Below, in pieces: positions 54,801-64,000 of a DNA stretch of 64,000 bases. The DNA is from Octopus sinensis (lineage: Eukaryota), in contig NC_043000.1 in NCBI RefSeq assembly GCF_006345805.1, positions 40,238,001-40,302,000 on the forward strand. Reading direction: 5' to 3'. The notes beneath the pieces are model-generated. The model worked only from the letters and a program-made list of their open reading frames with translations, ran no database searches and had not been told where the DNA came from. Positions within the stretch are counted from its first letter, which is position 1. Each line of letters starts with the position of its first letter. The translations under genes were made by a program, and so were the position numbers.

Positions 54801-55250
54801 CGCGAAATAGATCAGGTGCTAGAGCATTACATACCGGACCTGGTTGTGGCGGACAAGGTGCACCACATATGCTATATATATTTGATGTTGCATGCCCCTT
54901 TGACCCACGAATAATCAAGAAGGGAAGCGAGAAGATAGATAAATACAACCTTCTTAAGTACGAAATAACTCGACTAAGGGAAATGAAGAAAGTGAAGATA
55001 GTGCCAATTATTATTGGGTCCTTCGGAACAGTATCAGAAACCATCAAGGAGAATATAAAGGAAATTGGAATAGAGTACCCAGTAGAACTATTACAAAAGC
55101 TTTGCCTCCTTGGCACGGTCAGAAATAATTGGGGAAGTATTTGATAGCCGAAAAGAACGGATATCATGGTACCGTAGGCTGCAGGTACTAAGCCTGCTAC
55201 GCATTCAAGATTCCAGGAGCTCCAACAAAACCTGTGATAAAGAAAAATAA
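54801..55250 (+). mobile_element. R4/Dong 3' end (REL endonuclease) of another family
   Basis: EHYIPDLVVADK..CYIFDVACPFD..EKIDKY..VPIIIGSFG..LQKLCLLGT; (TAA)n tail. Confidence 0.85.
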
Positions 55251-55264
55251 TAATAATGATAATC

Positions 55265-55413
55265 CTTTCTCCTATAGGCACAAGACCTGAAAATTGATGG
55301 GGAGGAGCTAGTTGATTACATTGACCCCAGAGTTCAATTGGTACTTATTTTATCGCCCCCACCGCCCCGAAAAGACAAAAGCGGTATTTGAACGTAGGAC
55401 GTAAAGCCACCTT
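55265..55413 (-). mobile_element. SINE family B fragment
   Basis: TTGACCCCAG..TGGTACTTATTTTATCG. Confidence 0.6.
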
Positions 55414-55994
55414 ATACTTTCTTGTAATATTTCAATAGGTAATTCATCTTTACAATAAGTGATATAATTACACTCATTATATGAGAAGATTTTCGAATAA
55501 GATGGAGTACGAAAGAAGCTCGCTTAACATTATATTTCAACGCCATCATTAGATATATTTCTGCATTATATTACCTGCACTTGTTATAATAGTTATAGTG
55601 ATAGAATAGCTGAAGATGGTTGCAAAGATGATGATGGTGATAGTTTTGCTAGGTGGTAGTGGTGTTGGGTGTTGATTGTGATAGCATCAAAGATGGCGGT
55701 CGTGGCACTGATTATAATGATGCCGGCGGCAGCAGTGGTTCGGTTTGCAATTGTCGATGTCACAAGTCATAATGATGCTGCAGTTATTGTTAATGATGTG
55801 CAGCAGGTAATTACTGCACATTGCAACCTATGCAGTGCACTCACGCAGTTCACATACAGTGCATATGTGCTCTTCATATGAATACCTTTTGCATTCAACT
55901 CGTACTGAGAAGCTAGAGAAATGATATACAAACAACACCGGTGCATAAATCACTGAATATGGAAATATTCACACATGTACAGATGTATACCCAT

Positions 55995-56032
<38 letters not shown>

Positions 56033-57352
56033 ATATACACATACATACATACATACATACACACATACGTAAATACAGACATACATACACACATACATAC
56101 ATACACACATACACACATACACACACATACATACGTATATACGTACATGTGTACATACATACATACATACAAACACATGGACATCAATGCACTCACATCT
56201 ATGCACTCACACAGATGTATCCACGTATCTATGTATGCATAATTATGTACGTGCGTATATGTTTGCGCATGTAGGGATGTACGTATATTGAGTATATTGG
56301 TATGTCTGTCTGCCTGTCTGTCTGTATGCATGTACGTATGTCAGTCTGTTTGTCTGTATGTATGCGTTGTGTATGTATGCATCCACGTACATATTTATGA
56401 GTTTGTATGGCTATATATAATAGACGGTTGAGTCAACAACTTTCCCTCTACAAATACAAACCTGCATTCAGTGCTTTTTTCTTTCGTTCGTACATATTCA
56501 CAAACATATGTATGCAATCAACTATTCTTTTATGTTTTTTTTAATGGACAATGGTACCCGGCAATGCCCAGTTATTGTATTGGCGTTACACTATACACAA
56601 ATGCACAAATTTAATAAATGTATTTTTGTCAATAGAAACCAATATACTAAATCAACTCAGATGTTTTACTATTAATAAATATCTGAGATTTTTAGTAGTC
56701 CCCTAATTAATTGATAAAAAAATTCTTTTATGAACCAGTATGAATTCAGACAAAGGTTTGTATGTAAGTATGTATGTAAGTATGTATGTATGTATATGTA
56801 TGTATGTATGTATGTATGTATGCATGTATGTATATAACTGGAATCCAATAAATAATCATCAATACGAATTTGAACGCCAATATCATCAGTACGTTTTTAA
56901 TATTGCTGTAAATGAAAATCTGTAATTATTTCCAGCACTGTATGTTTAAATAATGGGAAAACCCGCCTTCATTTAATATAAATGCACGCTGCAATAGGGT
57001 AATGGATGTTATCTGCTTTTATTCAGACATCCATCTTGCTGCATTCATTACGAATTCGTATCTAAAATAAAATACATTAGTAGTTCACTCAAGAAATGTT
57101 TTGCAAAGAGCTGTTTAGGTAAATAAGCGGTATTTAATTTTCAAACTTCCACCGCCATAACAGCCGCTATTCACCCCAAGAGAGAAAGATTAAAGAGGCT
57201 TATGAAGAAGAAAATGAGAGACTGTCGCTAGAAATATATATCGACATTATCATCAACACCACTCTCTTTATTTCTCTTTCTTTAAATTCACGTGGGACTT
57301 TCATTCAATATCTCCTTACATTCCGTTATTCAAGGAGAGAGAGAGAGAGAGA

Positions 57353-57383
<31 letters not shown>

Positions 57384-58143
57384 GAGTGACTGAGGGAGAG
57401 AGAGACAGAGAGACAGAGAAAGTGTGTGTGTGTGTGAAAGAGAGAGAGAGAAAGAGACAAAGAGTGAGAGAGAGAAAAGCAGACAGACAGACAGACAAAG
57501 ACTAAGATGTATAGAAACATATATTACCACTCTTCTGCACCATTTGAACTTTGTCTTTCTCCATCCTCAAAGAGAGTAAAGTATAATTTGAGGGAGAACT
57601 GACTGTTATTTCTTAAAATAAATGTTATATAAACCTATCCTTTTAGATGATGGATTATTATAATATGTAGCGTTTGTTGGATGTTCATTTTGTGGTTTTT
57701 GAAGACAAGATGAAAAAAAAACCACACACATATGCACCCACACATGTATACCCACTCACATACACATATACAAGCATACTCAAGCATACAGACTACTCAC
57801 ATTTGCATATACTTTTCAGCTGTTATGTTGCAGTCATGCTTGCGCACACTTTTCAAGATATTAAGTTGATTTTATCGGCGGCAGGGCAGTATTTCTTTCA
57901 ACTTCAGAGGTTTTTTTTTATCGAAACCTTTTTGTCGATTCAGTAGGTCACATGACATAAAGAAATGGTACCTAAAAAACGGCTCTCAGACCTCGCACGC
58001 ATACACATGTAAACATACATACGACGGCCCTCAGTCAGTTTCATTCTAACAAATAGTAATAGAAGGCATGTTCCCGGGACTGGACTCGAAATGTTGTGGT
58101 TGGGAAGCAAGCTTGTTACCACACAACTATACCTGCATGTGTG

Positions 58144-58199
<56 letters not shown>

Positions 58200-58999
58200 C
58201 GTGCGTGTTGTAAGTGTATATATGATTTGTATGTTTGGTATTTCCGTATAGAAGGAAATACCAATGTTTGCTAAATGAAATAATAGAAGTAATGACAGAA
58301 AGGAAGAAACGATACCAAACAGAAATCAATTAATAAAGAGACATAATTCTGCAGCAAAGAATAGTAATGAAGTTAATACCAAAAAGTAAGTTAATGTCAT
58401 GAAGTGTGTAAATATCTTTCTGTCAATACAGGTGGATTGTTCTGGTATTTGTTTGAAAATATCAGATAAAGCCAAACTGATCGCGTTATTGTCTTATACT
58501 GTACATTCAGAGCTGACAGAATTGTTAGAGTGCCGGAAAAAATATTTTGCAATATTTGTTCCACCTTCTCATGTTCTGTTTTCATTTATATCTTTTGCAC
58601 TTCTTTGTACTTCGTTAATTCCTGAGTATTTGTAGGTCCGTACTTGATCTAATTCTTTTTATCTATCATGATATTGTCCTTTATTAATTTCCTTCTCTTC
58701 ATGATTTCCTAGGCCCATTTTCCTAATCCGATTCTCATAGCAATTTGGCTAGTAAATCTCTATACTATTTGAAGCAGTGTTTCTAACTGTTTATCATCTG
58801 CAACATGTAATTCCAAAAGAGGGGTGCTTGTCTTCCCGCAGAACTTGCATCCGAGTCTTGTTTGAATTAAAGACTTTAGCGTCAGGCAGTAAAGGGTGGA
58901 GAAAATGAACTGTATTTCAACATTTCTCGTCTAATTGAGATGGTGTTAGTTTATGATTCCTTCTTCTGTATGTATTTTCAGGGCTGTTTACCATTTATT

Positions 59000-59420
59000 T
59001 ATAGTGCATTTCATGCAACTGGTTTTGTTGGTGCTGCCACTGGTGGCTGGCATATGTTTCCAAGGTCCACATATGAAGAATATAATCAAAAGCCTTTTTG
59101 TAGTTAATCAATTTCATACACCAAAGCTTTTTAAATAGCCTTCAGTTATAGCAATGTTGAGCTTTACAGCCATATGGGCACTATCCTTTCTACGTCCCTG
59201 GAAACAGACCGTTTCTTTTACCTTTTTCTTCAAGGCAAGTGTTTTTTCCTCTACGATATTCTTATAGTTGAGATTTTGCAAGGTGTGGAAAGGTATGTTA
59301 TAGGTGTGTAGCTTTTAGGATCTGCTGTATCTGTACTCTTGGGATTAAAATGTTTTTCCTTTCATTGACCCAGTCAGGTATGGTCTCTGTTTCCTTCAGT
59401 GTATTGCTAATCCTCTCTAC
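59000..59420 (-). mobile_element. Old R4/Dong RT fragment
   Basis: IPDW..ILIP..DPKSYTPIT..LFP..YGCK traces. Confidence 0.55.
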
Positions 59421-60136
59421 CGGGACTACTGCAATAAGTAAATGTAAAAGAGAGTATACACCATGTAATGCTTATAACTTACTAAATAAAAATAGTCAAA
59501 ATCAACTCAATATACTTCAGAATAAGTGAGGCAAGAATTAAAGCGATGCGCTGCGCTCTTTGGTAAACAGCAAAGTTGTGGAAACGTAAACAAACCAACA
59601 CCCGTAGTCAGTCAAGCGGTGATCAGGAACAAGCATATCCAAGCCTTGTCTGTTCATCCCTGCATAACATTGAAATGATGGAGATACCTGGAAGATTTTG
59701 TTGCCTCCAGGCAGAAACTGCCGTAAGGAACTAGTACCTGCACACCCATTTATATTTTTGCTCATTTGTTTCTAAATGAGTGTATGTATTCACACCCTTG
59801 TCTATGCAGTGACCAGCTTTTTCCACTCGTTACTCTGTATCACTCATATATGCATGTGTATTCATCCAATACAACTGAATAAATAGACATACTTGAATGT
59901 TTATTGGCTGATGTCTGCCGATTTTATATCCTCTCCGTTTTCTTATTTGCCGTATAAATCATGGGTAAATCATGTTTTTTACCCCGCCCATATATAATAT
60001 TCAATAGCGAGATTGCTATGCAATAACTAGCACCTGACTCTGAATAATTGGGCACACTACCAGCAGTATATTGGATAGGTACTATCCCTTGGTTGGTTTC
60101 CCAAACTCTAACTCACACAGAAATATATGTATATAT

Positions 60137-61000
60137 ACTAGCTGACGTACCTGGTATTTCCCGGGAAAGCGGGGCTTATCCCTTGGTTCCGTTCTCATAA
60201 TTGTTTCGCTAATCCAATAACAACAATACAAAGTATATTACTCTTAAAACAGCTTTTGTGTATTTACAGAGAATAACGAACTGCCTTATACAGGATATTG
60301 CTTTTAGTAATTCCCAATAAGTTATGAATACCCAAATTGTGAAGTCAGCTATGTAATAACATGAAATTAGTTACCCGATAGTAAGAATTCAAATAATGTA
60401 GCCCCAAAAAGGGCTCTAATTCATTCCCAGAGTATACAGAACTTAGGAGGAAATGCTAATAATTTATGTATACTAAAATCGTGAAGCATGTTACGTAATA
60501 ACAGGCTAATCAGATATGAGATAACAATTCAAAGTAAGTAACTCTGAAAAGAGCTTTTGTGCGTTCCCAGAGAATATTACCCTAAGCGGCGCTAGTGTTG
60601 GTATATTCATGACTAAGTCACTAACCGAAATAAGTGGATATATTGTTTAGCAAAATACTATTTACTTGTTTAAGGGTTGTACTGGATAAATTGCGAAAAT
60701 AACTCTAACAGTTCAAATACTAAGAAATAAGCATACTCAATTTGATTTATACCAAATAATTTAGTAAAATAAATGGCTTATTTCCCTTGGCTGTTAAAAT
60801 GAAATATATTAAATATATATAAGGATCCCTCCTAGGGGCCCTATTATCTATTTGTTTTCAACAATCTTAGTGTGCCACGAGATTTCCAGACATGAGTTAT
60901 ATTCACATGTCAAGTTTCATCAAACTCGATAAAACGAAGTAGGAGTTAGCTAACAACTCCGCAAACACACCCACAGACAGAACTTCCCACTTATGTAGTA
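60137..61000 (+). mobile_element. Helentron/Helitron-like non-autonomous element
   Basis: 5' ACTAGCTG..ACCTGG..CCCGGG; internal subrepeats about 150 bp apart (AAAA.AGCTTTTGTG..CAGAGAATA); 3' AAGTTTCATCAAA..ACAGACAGAACTTCCCACTTAT. Confidence 0.55.
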
Positions 61001-61569
61001 CATATACATATGTATATATATATTTATATATATATATACAGATAGATAGATAGAGAGAGAGAGAGAGATACATATATACATACATGTATATGTGTACACA
61101 CACACATGATTTAAGCACTCAAGCAATTGAAGTTTAGGGGCTCATTGTTAAGCTTTGTACAATTGAATTTATAAAGCATCTACATAGATTAAACTTAATC
61201 ACGTTAGAAAAAGTAATATTTTTTACCGAGTTAGTCAATAGTTTAGCCGTATATATTTATTAATAATTATATAGCATCTATACTAAGGGAATTTTTTTCC
61301 GAGTACATCAAAGAACGCTTCTACTAATAGGGTGACGAGGAGAATTATACCAGCAATTTTTACGTAAATTCTTTTTGCAAACGCCTCTAGATTATCCTTT
61401 AAAATTTGCATATGAACCTAATGAAGCTTTCCAGCCGAAGAACTTAGTTATGTAGTTTGAGAGATGAATAAGTGTTTAGGTTTTGATTATTTTTGGAATA
61501 AAAAAAAGGCAAACACTGGGTACAACAAATATGTATTTGTTTTATTGAAGAGGTCCATATATGGTTACT

Positions 61570-61927
61570 TATTTAAGTCATTAGACTACGGCCATGCTGG
61601 GGCACTGTCTTGAAGGATTTTTAGTCGATTGAATAGACTCTAGTATTTATTTATTCTTTGCACCGAACTGCTATGTTGCGGTAGTGGGGACAAATACAGA
61701 TACAAGGACACACACCACACATACACACACACACACACACACGTATACACACACTCATGGGACGGGCTTCTTTCAGTTTCCTTCTACCAAATCCACTGAT
61801 AAGGGCCTGATCTGCCCGAGGCCATAATAGAATACACTAGGATACAATAGAATACGTAGGTGCCACGCAGTGGAACGGAACCAGAAAGCATGTGGTTGTG
61901 AAACAAACTTTTTACCTCACAGCCACA

Positions 61928-61930
<3 letters not shown>
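61570..61930 (-). mobile_element. SINE family A, diverged
   Basis: AGTCATTAGACTACGGCCATGCTGG..CTACCAAATCCACT..CACAGCCACACCT. Confidence 0.78.
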
Positions 61931-61982
<52 letters not shown>

Positions 61983-62297
61983 GTGTGTGTGTGTGCGTGT
62001 ATATATATATATATATAACATAAGTATGTATATATATATGCATGTATATTTATAAATGTATATATGTACACTCACGACTATATATATACATACATATACT
62101 TATACACGCATACATATATAAATATATATCCACACATGCACACACCCACGCATGCAAAGACTAGACAAAAGAGAGCGAGTTTTTTCATTGCAATTCATAG
62201 AAATCTTCTCCTTTCTTTTCTTTTCTTCTCTTTCTCCCCTTTCACTAAATATATATATAAGTATATATATGTATACATGTGTGTATATATATATATA

Positions 62298-62347
<50 letters not shown>

Positions 62348-62924
62348 TATGTGTGTATGTATGTATGTATATATATATATATATATATACATGGGTATAT
62401 ATATGTGCATATATGTGCATATATTCGTATATATATTTATATATATATATATGTATGTATGTATCTATATATATGTATACATATATATATATACACACAT
62501 ATATATACATATATATATACATATACATATGTATAAATATATATATGTATGTATGTATATATATACATATAGATACTTACACACATGCATGCGTATTATG
62601 TATGTATTATGCATTTATTTGTATAATGTCAACTTATCACAAATAGAGGAGTTATTCAACACAATAGGACATGAACTAAAGAATAGATTTGCGTCATGGA
62701 TCTTCGTTGGAATTTGGACTGAGTTGACCTTCAGAACTGGGTTATAGGTCAGTTTGACACTGGGCTCGTCTCCAATGAACACAATTGCATTAAAGAAAGT
62801 AATTCAATTTCTTCTACGTTATCGTCGTTGTCGTTGATGTGGCTGCTGTTGCTATCGCTTCTGTTGCATTCGCTGCCTCTCTTCCCCATTCTGTTCCTAC
62901 TGATGCTGCTATTGTTGTTGTTAC

Positions 62925-63008
62925 CCAGTCAAAGCCAGGACCATACACGCTGACAAAGTTGGGGCTTTCATATTCAGGTGAATGGTTTTCTGGTTGCTCA
63001 ATATACAC
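62925..63008 (-). CDS. Putative coding exon (84 nt), unknown gene
   Basis: Acceptor TTCTTTTTGTAG|G, donor GG|GTAACA; phase-0 frame VYIEQPENHSPEYESPNFVSVYGPGFDW. Confidence 0.4.
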
Positions 63009-63306
63009 CTACAAAAAGAACCTTTGATCTTATAATCATGTATTTAACTTACTCTACGCTAAACCACAACTTTTTAAAATAAATTTTTATTTTTTGCTTT
63101 AAGTATTTTCTAGATCTTAATTTCTGCATGGAGATTATTTCAACGTGTACTTGAAAATGTGTAGACTTCGCACACATACGTAAAATACATGTGTAAAGCA
63201 AAGAAAACTTCCAGTATTCTACATATCTATTCAACAAAGTATTCTAAGAGAGTAGAATGCTTTTAGTACAGTAGAAACAACAAAACGAACAAAATGCTCT
63301 CCATAC

Positions 63307-63414
63307 ATAAGGTGCATAGGGCTGAGCTCGATAGATCAGCGAAGGACTGTAATGATTTATATAAGTAATAGCCATCACGCACAACATTCTGGATCTTATA
63401 GACAGACCTGAAGT
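63307..63414 (-). CDS. Putative coding exon (108 nt), unknown gene
   Basis: Acceptor TTGCACTTCTAAACAG|, donor AT|GTATGG; TSGLSIRSRMLCVMAITYINHYSPSLIYRAQPYAPY, in phase with the next exon. Confidence 0.38.
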
Positions 63415-63912
63415 CTGTTTAGAAGTGCAAGTAAACAAGCTAATGATGGACAGGAGTTGGTAGGTGTCCGAAAGGATAAGGTCGAAGTAATAGATGCTGG
63501 AAGAGATGATACAGTTAGTCTGTCATTTTGACGGCTAGAAGCGTATGTACGAGGTGCAAAGAAAGAGAGAAAGAGAGAGAGAGAGAAAGAAAGTGTGTGT
63601 GTGTGGGGGGGGTGAAGACTAAAGGCACATCTGCTGTGTATTGGGATCCAGTTGATAGAATCAATGAGCTCATCGAAATAGTTGATGAGTCCAGGAAAGG
63701 CTTACAGTACCGATTTAAGGATTCGAGAAAGAAGCTTGAACATTATTTATAAAATTCTTTCTAAGTCAGAGACAATAGGTCTAGTCTCAAGTATGGCTTC
63801 AGGTTTGCGTGTCTTGATGCGTTGGTAGGTAGTAGTAAGGTTTGATCTTTCTTTTTGTTTCTAGTGATGAAGTCGGTTAGGTGTCTTCGGGGATTACAAG
63901 TTGTTGGCCTAG

Positions 63913-64000
63913 CTCAGAGGTTCTCAAATTTTTGGGGCCAACGCCCTACTCATGACCACATAATACCCTCAGCACCCACCCCTATTTTTATGTATAAATA
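63913..64000. mobile_element. Possible hAT-type MITE terminus
   Basis: CAGAGGTTCTCAAATTTTT resembles hAT TIR starts; runs off the window. Confidence 0.3.

Noticed and set aside
63640-63910. Gypsy integrase zinc-finger remnant (GQQLVIP..HQ)
   Set aside because: Similarity too weak and fragmented to support without a profile search

Overview
AT-rich, microsatellite-dense animal DNA, most likely octopus (inferred from the two tRNA-headed SINE families and the TA/TATC/CATA repeat landscape). No complete host gene is visible; there are only a few candidate small exons (63307-63414 and 62925-63008 on -, 46398-46425 on +). Nearly all ORF-track entries are microsatellite artefacts. The window is a mosaic of mobile elements: a near-intact Penelope-like retroelement (PLE; RT + GIY-YIG) with an inverted terminal copy, several R4/Dong-like LINEs in (TAA)n arrays, RTE and CR1 fragments, four mariner remnants, a Tc1 element, a Buster-type hAT fossil, a Helentron-like element and many SINEs. 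The most interesting layer, invisible in the ORF track, is a set of about eight hammerhead-ribozyme (HHR) motifs of several architectures. Four have canonical cores and four have variant or degenerate cores. All sit in PLE-type or non-coding cassettes inserted in or next to (TA)n. There are also two back-to-back fusions of 3' ends from different retroelement families.
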